A DNA stretch of 61,285 nt, counting the filler, from Rhabdomonas costata (taxonomy: Eukaryota), in assembly GCA_019059605.1 (NCBI GenBank). It is 21 parts of 21 records of this genome, joined end to end, with 100 filler letters (N's around TTAATTAATTAA, not from the genome) between each part and the next. Parts side by side here need not be neighbours in the genome. Positions count along the whole stretch, not along the records: positions 11,697 to 14,520 come from JAHMHO010001976.1; positions 14,621 to 17,443 come from JAHMHO010001977.1; positions 17,544 to 20,365 come from JAHMHO010001978.1; positions 20,466 to 23,288 come from JAHMHO010001979.1; positions 23,389 to 26,211 come from JAHMHO010001980.1; 16 more parts are not named here. One strand, written 5' to 3'. The notes under the pieces are model-generated. The model had not been told where the DNA came from, did no database searches, and was given only the letters and a program-made list of their open reading frames with translations. Positions 11,819 to 23,699 of this stretch are shown here, one piece after another; position 1 is the stretch's first letter, and each line of letters opens with the position of its first letter. The translations under genes were made by a program, and so were the position numbers.

Positions 11819-14337
11819 CTGGCAGGTTGAGGTAAAGCACGAAGAATTTCACCTCCACTGCTTTTGTAGTCGGGTTGGTCTCGTCGAAAATCAGCACATG
11901 CTCCACCTAAGTGAATCCAAGCACTTACCCACTTACCACACCCCATAGTAAAAGCAATCAATGCAAAAGCATAGTAACGAAAATAGCAGCGCCTGTGGTC
12001 ATCGATTTGAGCTCCCAAAAAACCAGAAATCTCAGCTTCATCGTCAAAAAGGGACCTGGGCTGGCCGCAAGCTGGGAAAGCCCCCCGTTTCTCCTAAATT
12101 AAACCTGGCCAAAGCGGTTGCATTCCTCCTTCACCTCTTGTCCCAGGTCATCATCAACCTCGCTGGGGCTTCCCACCAGGTTAGTCAGCACAACACATCG
12201 TGTGGGAGTGTCGACCTGCACGTCAAAGTGAAAACAAGCAAAGCAAGTGTGGAGATGCATTTCTAAGGACAGGAAATATGCACAAAAACCTCCCTTAGGT
12301 TCCCTCTCCGTCAAAACCACAAGAAAGGACAAAGCTTGCATAAAATGATGCCAAACTCCACAAAGTCATCCAAGTTCTTTTACACATAATCTCCACGTCA
12401 ACCTGCCGGTGTGAACACAGAGTTGGGGAAGATGAAGCCGTCCAGACTCAAGTTTCCACTTCCCTACCCAACAAAGCCGAGTAGCTGTGTTAAGGCAAAT
12501 GGCGAGAGGAGTCTCTTTGGCGTTTACAAGCATACAACCCAATTTGTTGAGAGTTGTCGCTTCCGTTTGATACTATTCGTTGCCCCGCCACCTGGCTGCA
12601 GGTCTCCTGAGTCTCTGAGGGCAAGTTGGACGCGCACCTCTCCGCTGTTCAGTGGGGCGGCCTTGGGGGCGTGGTGAAGAGTGCTCGCCAGCATCGGGAG
12701 AACCCTCTTCATCCCCTCGGCATCCTCCTGCGCAAGCGCAAGGACACGTGCAGGATGGGAAACACTTCTCGTATCCTTTCCCAGAGGTATCGACCCCCAA
12801 AAAAGATCACAATATTGAGACCAGAAGGCCAACACCAAATCACCTCACTCACTTGCCTCTAATTTGGTTCAGTTGTTCTGTTCCCAATTTTATGCAAAAG
12901 TTGGTCAGTTGCAGCGGAGTAAACAGTCCGTGTGCGTGAGAGAGGGGGAGGGAGGGAGCAAGCCAAGTGAAGGGTGTGGAGTGCGCTGTGCCCGTTCCTG
13001 ACGCATCAGCTTCTGCATCAGCGCCACGCGAGCTGCCCCACTAGAGAGGTGCATCGACTCCTCCACTTGGATGCTGTTGTCGACGGCCGGAAGAAATGGG
13101 GAGGCAGAGGAGATCATTGGCGCCCCATCGGCGGTAAGCAGAATCGAGGAAGGCCCCCCAGCCCCACTGGGGCCCGGCGTTGCTACTCCCGCTGCCGCCC
13201 CGCCGCCTCCCACAAGCCTCAGCTGATCCACGGAACAAAAAAGAAAATCACTTCAAACTCAAGCGAAGATGAATGAGTGCCGACCCACCACCCCAATCCG
13301 AAGGTTGTCCTCCACTCGCATTCACTAAGATAAGAACCGAGGCACACACAACTTGGAAGATAATACCTCACCATTCCATTGCCCTAAACGGGTGGCATCA
13401 TATATAATTGAGAAACCCAAATTAGGTAGATTCGTGTGCAGCAAGGCCCTTCCCCCCGCTGCGCTCCCCCTGTCATCGATGCTATGGCCTCCCTCCATCC
13501 AATTATTCCCGTTGTGTTGGGGAAAAACCTGCTGGTACACCGAGGTGTTCTGCGCCGCGGGGCAGGGAAGGACTCGGCCCACCTTTAGCTTCATGCCATA
13601 GGCCTTGTACCCGTCCACCTTCTTGACCGCGTGCTCCGCTGCGGACTGCGAGTCAAACTCCACCATTCTGAGCAGATCAACCCCCAACTCACCCCTCATT
13701 TCACATGTCACGACATACAAGCCAGCAACGAAAAATGGCAGCAACCACACATTCCCTCCTCCCACCCCCTGCGCACCCCTGTCCTGACCAATGACACGTC
13801 CATGACACGCACGGAGGAGACAACACCAGCTTCAAGTGCTAACGACACACATAACAAAACATACGCGAACTGCTTGTCCTTGTCGTTTTGGTAGGTCTGA
13901 AGGAAAAACGCACACACAGAAAAGAACAACGCAAAGACCCCCGCCTTTCCTGCAATTGCCGACTCGATTCTAACAGTGCCAACTTCAAAAGCGCTAGAAG
14001 CGAAAGTATTCGTGTCCTTGAGTCGGCACCAAGCACCCACAAAACTAAACTGTGATATTGAGAATAAACCTCTGAAACAAAGAACGAATGAGAAGGCGGG
14101 TGCGCAGGATAGGTCGGAGGTCTCAGCGACAGAAACAAACGTGAAAGTGTTGAAACATCAAGAAGAATGGAAGAAACAGGGAGGAAAATGAAACGACAGA
14201 ACTTGGTGGAGACTGAACATAGGGAGAGGAAACAAATGACATACGTCCAGTTTCAGGGACTTGATAGTCCCGTGAGGCGAGAAGAGCTGCCGCAGCACGT
14301 CCTGCGTCACATCCGGGGGAATGTTGGCCACGTAAAT
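11819..14337 (-). CDS. PUF60: PUF60/half-pint-like splicing factor (RRM + UHM), partial; exons 14337-14245, 13896-13865, 13667-13529, 13222-12992, 12727-12638, 12215-12105, 11906-11819
   Basis: RRM IYVANIPPDVTQDVLRQLFSPHGTIKSLKLD...FAMVEF; PUF60-type MHLSSGAARVALMQKLMR; UHM CVVLTNLVGSPSEVDDDLGQEVKEECNRFGQVEHVLIF...VKFFVLY. Confidence 0.85.
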
Positions 14338-14642
14338 CTGTGCGTTCCCACGAATACAACCATGCGGCAAAGGTGGAATTATAAAGAGAGAGAGAACAAG
14401 AACCGCGCTAGCCTCTATGCCTGGAGCGCTTAATACGATACCAGCGAGAGCAGAAGGCAGCTTCACCATCTTCCCTGACATTGTCTGGTCGCAAAGAAGG
14501 AGCGTCAGCGACAACACACCNNNNNNNNNNNNNNNNNNNNNNNNNNNNNNNNNNNNNNNNNNNNTTAATTAATTAANNNNNNNNNNNNNNNNNNNNNNNN
14601 NNNNNNNNNNNNNNNNNNNNAATAGGCGTGGGTTACACGGAT

Positions 14643-14754
14643 GTTAGACGTCTAACGGTCGTCTAACGGGCGTTAGACGGGCGTTAGATGTCTAACACCG
14701 TTAGACGTCTAACGGTGTTAGGTGTTAGACGTCTAATTCCGCTTCCCCCCCCTG
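14643..14754 (-). mobile_element. Putative terminus of a hAT-like DNA transposon/MITE with clustered subterminal palindromes
   Basis: About ten TTAGAC/GTCTAA-type motifs in both orientations within 95 bp, including a perfect 30-bp palindrome at 14692-14721. The cluster is bounded on the minus strand by CAGGGGGGGG at 14754. The partner end is absent (contig break). Confidence 0.4.
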
Positions 14755-15741
14755 CATGATCCGTTTGCCAACGCGCCCTCGATACTCCAGAAATTGGTTA
14801 CGATCAACTTGCATGGTTTTGAAAGCGGTGTTGAATTGAAGCGCAAAAATGCTTTTCTTGACTCTTCAGACGTGGATGTACAACAATGGTGCGGTTGGGC
14901 TTGGCCCAATGCGGCCCTTCTGTGGGTTCAATGACAGGCTCTTCATGGAACATTCGTGCTCACCACGAGCGTGAGTTGTCGATGCCTCGCTTATTCACAA
15001 TTCCGCTCATAGTGCAAATCCTCGGTTTGAGTTGCATTTTTGTTCACCAGTCGATGTGTAAGGCGGCTGGTTGTGCGCTACGGTCCATCGTCTGAATCCG
15101 ATGTGCTGCGCCGGCCTCAGGTATCAAGTCCGCGTCCTTCTGTTCGGCTAAGCGCTGTACCTGACTTTTAATTTATAAAGGGATTTTCGATACGGGAGAA
15201 ACCGAAGCGCGCGCGCGCGCACAAACAAACACACACACACACACAAATCAAAGAAGCAGGAGTGGTTTCTTTTTTTCGGGCCGATTCTGTCCTACTATTG
15301 ATGATGTTTCTTGGGATGAGCTAAAGTTGGTTCTGTTTGGAATGCAATTCGGCATTCCTTGTTGCTCATCCCCATCCGGTGGGGAACACGCTGCCGCGCT
15401 CGTCCCGCTGCGTGAACAGGACACTTCAGCACATCTTTTTTTGCCTTCACTTTTTTCCCGGTGGCTTAGCGGAGCGTGAACCTCTCACTGTTGTGGTCCC
15501 TGGTGTTTAGCGTTTGAAGAATGGGGCTCAGGTGAGGTTGCTTCTTGCTCAGCTTCATTTGTCTTCAAAAGTGCTTTGTGTATTGCTTTTTTTTGTGTTT
15601 TTTTTTGGCCCCTCGCTCTCTCCGGAGGGTCGTGTGCCTCTTGTTCACTGTACTTTGTGCTTTCCATGTGTACTCTGCCAAAGTGTATGTGAAGTGAAAG
15701 GCCGTTCTGTTTGGGGGGGCGTGTTTTGGCAATTTGCGAAT

Positions 15742-17394
15742 ATGGCCAGCACTTTTACGGGAAGGCCGGCCGGTGCAGGTGGGTTTCCCACCCCCCTGGA
15801 TGTGCATGTGGGGCTGCAGAAGGGTCATACCTGGGATGTCCGCCGGTGCCCCTTGTACCGAACCACTGTAAGCCTTGAGGTTTGCATTTGTGCTGTGATC
15901 TGTCTGGTCATCCGCAGTCATCTTTGTTTCTCTGGCCTCTTTCTCGGAGCCAGTGCACTCCTCTCCTTCTTCTGCATGTGCTCAATGCTCAATTTAGAGA
16001 CAGGTTTCCATTTCTTTGACGGCTTTCACACCAACCAAGAGAAAGCAGAACAATAGTAAAGCTTCGTCAGGGTACCAAAACAGCAGAGGGTGAAAGCGCA
16101 GGAATGTCACATTGCAAGAAAGGTAGTTCCATTTTCTGCTTTGCTCACTGTCCTCTTTATTTCTACCACCGTGCTTCCAACACCCTGCACCGCCCCAAGC
16201 GCGGGGAGAAACACCCTGAACGTACGCACTGTCCCCAACCGCAGCACGCCGCAAAACAGCCGTGGCAAACAACGAAGAGGCACTCCTCGGCGAAGCAAGC
16301 GTGTTTGAGGCTGAGAGTATGGGTTGTTTCACATTTGGGGATTGGTTCACAATCGCTGCTGTGACATGTGACAATGTGTGACAAGGCCTGGAATCTTAGT
16401 GCCCGTGGTTTCCAAGACCAGTTCAACAGTGTCGCACACAGGACGTGGAGAGGGTAGGGGCGATAGAAAGAGTAGAAGGGCGTGACAGGACACCCTTGAG
16501 ACATTTTAAGCTACTGAAGTGAAATTACCATACCCCCCCCCCAACCATCCCGTTTCCGTCCAGCATGATGAAGCGATCACGTACAGCAGGAGGGACCCTC
16601 CTTTCATGTTTTAGGAGGTGCTGTACTCGAAGCTCAAGGCTGAGCAGAGCAAGCTTCGCAGTTCTGACGGTTCGAAGCCACGGTCAGCAGAGGAGCTGCT
16701 CCGCCCTCGAAGCCGCCGCACCAATTCCCCGCAAAAGGTTTTTGTTTGTCTGCGTCAGCAAATTCTGGTATGTTGGTTAACGGCTTGTACTGGGTGTGCC
16801 CCGCCCCCCTTTTTTTACCTGATTTTTCCCGTCCTTGTATCTCCAAGCGTGTGAAATTGAACCTTACCCCATATGGTGGTCCTTCATGACTGCTTTACGA
16901 GCAAATGCGGGTTTCCGTGAGTTGGGTGCAGTCGAGCTTCTTTGTGGATGAGATCGTCCCCCGGGAGGTGGACAAGGTGGACCGCAACCGGAGATTCCAC
17001 AAGAGGGTGTCGAATTTTCAGGAAGAGATTGAGCTGCCATCTCTGGTGTCACCTTCTCCCCGCCCCTTGATTTCCGATGGGCTCTCGAGCACGTACCTCG
17101 TGGTCTGTTTTCTTTCCTCGGCGAACTTCAATCATACGTCACCCCCCCCAGTTCAATATTGCGTCCCCCTCTCTTAAAGTATACATACTCGAAAGATGGA
17201 ATATTCTCCTGAAGGAAAAAACAAGAAAAACCAGAAGAGGAGAGTGGAAGCGCAAGGGAAAGCCTTTTTCTCAAGAAAGAAGACAGAAGATGATGAAAGC
17301 GAAAGGGCTCCGCCACCGCCACCGCCACCGCCACCCAACAGGTCTGACAGCGTTGACGGTTTGTCCTTCGCGGGGGTCGTTTGTCCATCTGGAG
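15742..17394 (+). CDS. Hypothetical multi-exon protein with poly-Pro tract (exons 15742-15867?, 16615-16737, 16932-17092, 17180-17394)
   Basis: The last three exons join in phase through GT-AG introns: EVLYSKLKAEQSKLR.../SSFFVDEIVPREVDKVDRNRRFHKR.../...ESERAPPPPPPPPNRSDS. No family recognised. Confidence 0.55.
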
Positions 17395-17543
17395 GTAGCT
17401 GAGAAGCTAAAACAGGGGGTGTTACGGGGGCGTCACACCCCACNNNNNNNNNNNNNNNNNNNNNNNNNNNNNNNNNNNNNNNNNNNNTTAATTAATTAAN
17501 NNNNNNNNNNNNNNNNNNNNNNNNNNNNNNNNNNNNNNNNNNN

Positions 17544-19987
17544 AAATAACGACATAAACGCAACTCGGTTCATCGTATCGGAGCTCCCGTGGATACAGAT
17601 AAAGCAACCTGCATGGAACCAGAACCAGCCCACACATGCGCACAAGCTGCAGGGTCAACTGCTCAGCCCGTTTCTGAACCTTACATCCTCTGTTCCTCTT
17701 GTGATCTTCGTTTAGCCAAACGCAGGATGGAAATAGTGCTGCTATTGACGACGACTGGGTGAATCTTCCCAAATCTGCAAACTAATCTCTAAACTGTATA
17801 TAGGTGGTACAGCCGGAAAAGCATATGAATATGACGTGAAGACTGCTGGATCAAACCAACGCTACTTGAGAGGTACAAGCAAAAGAAGGGAGCAACGGGA
17901 CGGAATTAATCCGAGGGACATGCCTGAATGTTGGAAGAGTCGCAGCTCAGATAATCAGCAATGCAGCCCTTGAACTCTTGCACTGCCAGTGACAGGTCTG
18001 GACTGTAATCCTCCAGGAGTTTGTCCTGTTGCCCCCCGCGCCCAACCCTTTCTGCACATACATTCTCACCCAAAAACGGCATCGCAACACAGAAACCCAC
18101 CCACAGCAGAAACATTTGATTCAGGGACGTGCGAGGTGGGACGTGTGAGGTTTAAACAAATGTTGGCTCTGCTGCTTCGACTGGTGTCAGTTGACTGTTT
18201 TTACAAACTGCGCCGTGCGCTGCAGCTGAGGCCTGAGTGTGGGCTCTCCCGTTCTTGTGGCGACGCCGCGGTGCGGGAAGCACTGGAGCAGAAACCAAAC
18301 CTCCCTTCTTTCACTGTGCCGTACCTGCACGTTCTGCACCAGGAAGAAGACTTCCGCTTCGCTATATTGCTTGGGTGGTGTGAGAGTAGCCTGTCGCTCA
18401 GCACTCACATGGAAAAACATGGTGCAGGTCTAATCCAGAAAGCCGGCGCAGAAAAGGCGATTTCCGACACTTCACTTTGCCCTTCCCGCATCGATAGCCC
18501 ACGACTTCAAAGACTAACGGAGCTCACTCCCAACATGGCAAGGTGCAAGTGTGAATTCGAGAAACCTCAAAGAGGACGGTAACTCGGGAGTCCGGAGGAT
18601 CCAAGTCGACGTCCGCCAGGGGTTGCAGGTCGCCGTGCTTCTGGCGAAGGAGGACACATGCCTCCGGGGGGTTGGGATCTCCGCAGTGCAATCGAACAAA
18701 CCAGCGCTCCGCACCCTGCCGCTCCTTCGGCAAAATTGGACTGTGCGGATGCCAAAAGAAACAGGCTGAAAGCCATTACCGCTTCTGCGCTGTTCCATCG
18801 CCTTAGCAAAGTTACAGCTACGGTTTTGCAGCATGGGTGGTTGCGAAATGGGACCTTTCTGACTTCCATAGGTCTTCATTGCTCATTTAATGCTCAACAA
18901 AGTCTCGGGCACTCAATGAGGATGTCCTGACGCTTTGCACGGCTGCCACAGTTGTCCGTTGTCAAAGCCTTCTGAATTACTGTTATGACACTATGAGATG
19001 ATGTTCCATATTGTTCCTGAGACCTCTGCAGCGACCGAAACCTGGCTCACCAGGCGTCGATGCTTGCCACGAGTGGGGAAGAGCAGTGGGATCGGTAACT
19101 TGCGGTCCCCCTTTGTCCAAGTACAAACCCCTTCCCGACAGTTTATACACAGCAGTGGCAACCTACAGAGCCTCCTCAGCTCACTCACCTGCGGTTCAGT
19201 CGGCTGAGCTGAGGCAGGTGGGCGATCAGCAGGTTGCGTCGTTGCTCGGGCTCGCACCCCGCCAGCAGCGGGACGTCGGCCACGTTCAGCTCGGCCAATG
19301 AAGGAAGCTGCCTGAAGGCCGTGGAGGCATGAATAACGGGTTGGCTTGGGTGAAAAGCCACAAACCTGTACCAGGATCGATTCCTCATTGGTAGAATGCT
19401 TGACTGGTCAAACGGCTCGGTCTTGGCGGCAAAAAGTCACTATCACTAAAAACACCCACACTGGGGCATGGCCCCAAGGATCATTCCGCTGCAGCACTGA
19501 AGCAGAAGTCATTGTGCTCGTCACCAGGAAGAAATGTGTGGTGTGTGTTGGTTAGAGAGAGGGTAGCTCCTCATGCAGAGGCTCATACATATACGTAGAA
19601 ATACGGGGGGCACTCCTACCTGCAAACTCTTTCCAAAGATCCCCAATCACTGATCTGAGTCTGGTCCAGCGACAAAATCTGAGAGAGAAGGAAAGCCGCG
19701 TGCCGTACCACATAGTACATCAAACCCACCTTCCTGCGACCCAATCGCCTGCCTCCTTTGGTGGAGAGGCAACTCCCAGAACCAAGCACTGACAGCAACA
19801 ATGTACAGAGGTTTAGGCGGGCAAAAATGCGGAAAAAACCAGAAGGGAAAGGGAAAGGGAAATTGCTCACTTGCAAAGGGGGCGGCGACTTCAGAGACGC
19901 AACGTCCAGCTCAGGGATCGTCTCCACAGGGTTCCCACACAATATCAAGCACCGCAGAGCCGCGGCCGAGGCGATGGCACGAACAAT
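17544..19987 (-). CDS. TBCEL: Tubulin-specific chaperone E-like protein (LRR + ubiquitin-like); exons 19987-19871, 19678-19620, 19311-19189, 18740-18566, 18390-18325, 18025-17924, 17646-17544
   Basis: LRRs (LRCLILCGNPV; LQILSLDQTQISDW), LRR cap RRNLLIAHLPQLSRLNRSPILPKERQGAERWFVR, and KHGDLQPLADVDLDP resembling TBCEL KYGKLEPLAEVDLRP, followed by a Ubl-like segment. Exon phases are consistent. Confidence 0.8.
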
Positions 19988-20832
19988 CTGTGCATGCGTT
20001 GTGCAGGGGTCTCCAGCGGAGGAGTTGTTTGTAATTCGCAGGGGAAGGAAAGCCCAATCGAGAGAATAGAGTGACTGGGAGTCTTGCCATACACGCCCAG
20101 GAGGCTATGCTGCCTGAGGTAAAGCACTCAACCGGAGAAGAGGAAAGGCAGCACGGCGTGCAGTGCTGAGAATGCACGCATTGGATGAGAGAGAGAGAGA
20201 GGGAGCAGTGACACACACAACAAGACCAAAAACACAGATAGCAGACAAAAGTTTATCCTAACCCTTCCAACATTCGGAATCACCTTCCTAAACGAGGAAA
20301 TTCACACGGGAAAAGGTTGGCAAACATGAAGCCGAAGAGCGCTTCAAGGGCAGAACCAAAACCCCNNNNNNNNNNNNNNNNNNNNNNNNNNNNNNNNNNN
20401 NNNNNNNNNTTAATTAATTAANNNNNNNNNNNNNNNNNNNNNNNNNNNNNNNNNNNNNNNNNNNNCTTGCACTGAGCTACGTGAAACATGTGCAGGTATA
20501 GGAGACGACGAAATATCCCTGAGTGCCCAATCGCCAGGCAATGGCGTGGAGTTCAGAGCCCCTCTACCGCCCAGAGCACTTCGGGAGAAGTCCGCAGAGG
20601 GATGCTTTTTCCGTTATTGAAGCCGTAGGCCGTAGGCCGTAAGCCGTAGGCTAGGAGTACTTCAGACGTCGAGCAGTTTTTGACAATTTACCTATTTTGA
20701 ATGTTCACTATTTTTTTGGATGTAACGATGGAAGTAACGTGGCTTTGGGGTTTTGGCTTATAAGAGGTCCCATGTGGTGTACTTCTCCTTTGGTGACTTG
20801 CGCAGTTTATACGCGTCATTTCTTGTGCAGAC

Positions 20833-21505
20833 CCGGATGAAGGCCCTGTGCTGGGCCAGGATGAGCTCGGCCTGCCTCTGAAGCAGCTGCTGCCGGCTTC
20901 CCTGCATCCTGAGCCCGCGCTCGCCGCGTTCCGCCACTCCCAGCTGCAGCCGAAGCTCCTGCTCTAGCCCCACAAGCGTCTCCCGACCAGCAGCCTGTGT
21001 GAGTGCACTCCTCACGAAACGCCCCACCTCACAGATAAAAAAGGACCTTCAAAAGTTCTGTCTGAAGACAAATCCTTGCTAAAGCAGCACAGCAAACTCA
21101 ACTTTCACAAACATGTGCACCGGGACTGTCAGTCCCTGGGTGGATGCTTTGCATACAAAGGCACCTTTGAGTAATTCCCAGTTGATGACCTCAATTGCAC
21201 GAGCAAAGCAAAGCAATTAATGCGAGGCAGTCAGCATCCTGCTGCGTCAGCTGCATTCGACATCCTCGTTTGTGTCGTGTGCGTTACAATCACAGTCTTT
21301 GACGGGTAAATGGACAGCGCCCCTAGGACACAACTACGCAGAAAGGGACATTTCGCTAACGCAGGACAACCCAAATTTGTACTCCCCTCCTCCAGCCTTA
21401 GGCGATAAAACTCACCTCATAAGAGAGCATGTGCAGCATCTCGGAGGCACTTGGAGACCCACACGGGCATCTGGCGCTCTGGGGTGATAACTCGCCAGCG
21501 CATTC
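20833..21505 (-). CDS. Exons of a hypothetical coiled-coil protein
   Basis: AG/GT-bounded exon at about 20994-20833 encodes ETLVGLEQELRLQLGVAERGERGLRMQGSRQQLLQRQAELILAQHRAFIR. A further GTGAG-terminated candidate exon lies near 21505-21416. Confidence 0.4.
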
Positions 21506-22620
21506 TGCGAGAAAAGAAATAATAAAAGGAAAGAAAACCCCAGCAAGCAGTTTCAAGGGAAAACAGGGAAACGTGTGGGAGGAGGTACGTCTTGATACAT
21601 AATAACAAATCAATCATCAATCATCACAGGAAGCACAAACACAATACACATCGCGAGCGAGCGTAAGGATTGAATAGATACACGCAAGCCTGAGTTCAAC
21701 TAGGAAAGCGCAGTACCCCTTTCTCTCAAAAAAATCTTTTGAACAATTTTGACACGCCCCTCAATATTATGGCCCATGACCTCTCATTCCCCGAGACAGC
21801 GAGACTGCGGCTGATCTGACGACCTGTTTTGCCTGAACCGGCAAGGGAAGAGGTGCGTGCAGAATCTTTTCTGTTTCGGTGACAGCTCATGACTTGTTTG
21901 CCAGCTCAATACTGACCCAGAAGATCGGCGGAGTGGCTGCAACAGCAAAGAAAGAAGGGGAGAAAGAGTAGAGAGGCAGTGAGGATGGAACCGCACCGTA
22001 TACAATGCAGGCGCTCTCTTGCTCTCCTGGGTGAGGCAAAAGGGTATGCCCGTCTTTGGGTCCCCGCATTGCGTGCGCGGGAAATGACAGACAATAAATA
22101 CACACACCGTCACACAAACACAACGGATAAAAGACGTCGCTGAGGCGAGCAGGGCACGGCACGTCCAGCGCCTTTGCAGGCTGCACGACAAAGGGAATGC
22201 TTCCAGAAAGCTGTCGATCGCCGATTTAATCCACAGATTGACGTTCGCACAGAAAGGCTGCTGACATCACAACATCTTTGACGAAAAAAACGATGGGCAC
22301 CCTTCGCCAAACGTTTGTGGGTAAGGTTTGCATGGACGACACCTAGAAACAACTTGGCAACGCCCCTTCGCCCGATTCCTGCAAATCCAGAGCCTTTTGC
22401 AAAGACGACTCAGGACGACCATTCTTCTTTTTAAGAGGAGGGGCGAAATGCGCAGAAGGTAGAACCACATTGAAAATGTGCAGGGAAACTAAGGTTGAGC
22501 GAAGAATAGAGAAGGCGCATGACAATAATTCGCCCTTAGTGGAACGTGGAACGAAGTTGAGAGACAAGATGACGAGATGAGAGACGGTGTATTTCCAACC
22601 CCGTGCCTTTTAGATAATAA

Positions 22621-23288
22621 TCAATACCACTCATGTACATACACGCCGCGATTGCGCAGCGTCTGGAACATTCCCAGGCAGTCCTCCCATTTTTTGTGTA
22701 CCACAGTGATCTGCCAGCACCACTTGAAGTAATGACACTCCAAAAAGAGCTCATCGATGAGATCAACGGTGCCCTCTTGGAGGAGCTTTGGTATGATTTG
22801 GTATTCAGCACCCTCGATGTCCATCTTGACCACAACGAAGTCAGATAAGGTGAACGTTTCCCGCAGATATCTACAAAAAACAAGTCACGCCACCGCCCAA
22901 GAAAATGAGAAAAAAAGCAGCGTCAAACCCAAATTTTGGGCCTTCCGGCACGGTATCGCAGTGCTTTCACGCAAGAGCAAGACCCAAACCAACTGACACT
23001 CACAAGCAATGGGACACAGCCCTTGTCCTACGAGAAGGATCGTTCCGCTACGTACTGTTCCTGCAAACACGAACCGACTTCTCAGCAAGACTACCAGAAA
23101 AAATGCTCACCCGTCCACATCAAAAACAAGTGATCCAAGCATCACAAACCTGGAAAAGTCAATCGAGGGCACAGACACAGGCCGCTTTCGACCTAAGAGA
23201 GGGCGAGTTCGGTTGAACTTGAACCCGTCTCCTGCGGCCCGGAGGGATGCCATCTTGCCCATCGAAGCCCACACTCGGCCAACAAAAC
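22621..23288 (-). CDS. FkbM-family (Methyltransf_21) SAM-dependent methyltransferase, 3' end; exons 23288-23150, 22870-22621
   Basis: VPSIDFSR/YLRETFTLSDFVVVKMDIEGAEYQIIPKLLQEGTVDLIDELFLECH...CLGMFQTLRNRGVYVHEWY*. KMDIEGAE and IDELFLECH are FkbM hallmarks. Confidence 0.88.
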
Positions 23289-23699
23289 NNNNNNNNNNNN
23301 NNNNNNNNNNNNNNNNNNNNNNNNNNNNNNNNTTAATTAATTAANNNNNNNNNNNNNNNNNNNNNNNNNNNNNNNNNNNNNNNNNNNNGGGGGGTTTTTA
23401 CCTTACAAGCGATATTTATTAAGAATACAGTCTGCTGTGGAATTTCTGTTGAACAGCTTGGTTCGTGGAAATACGTATCTTCGCAAACGGTGCACTGAAA
23501 AGGCTACATTGTGGCATAGTTTTCTCTCATGGCACGCGACTCTCTGGGGAGTTTCAGGAAATTTTCGGGCTTTTTCGGACAAAACGACCTTATGAATGTC
23601 ATCACATCTCGCTTTCGATGTTCCGTGGCCGAATTATCTTTTCGGCGATAACACTCACGGAGGACGGCAGAGCACGCTAACACACCGCTGTGAAAAAGC

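Noticed and set aside
20621..20655. (GCCGTAG)n, and similarly (AACAGGG)4 near 26369
   Set aside because: Short simple tandem repeats with no spacers or associated genes.
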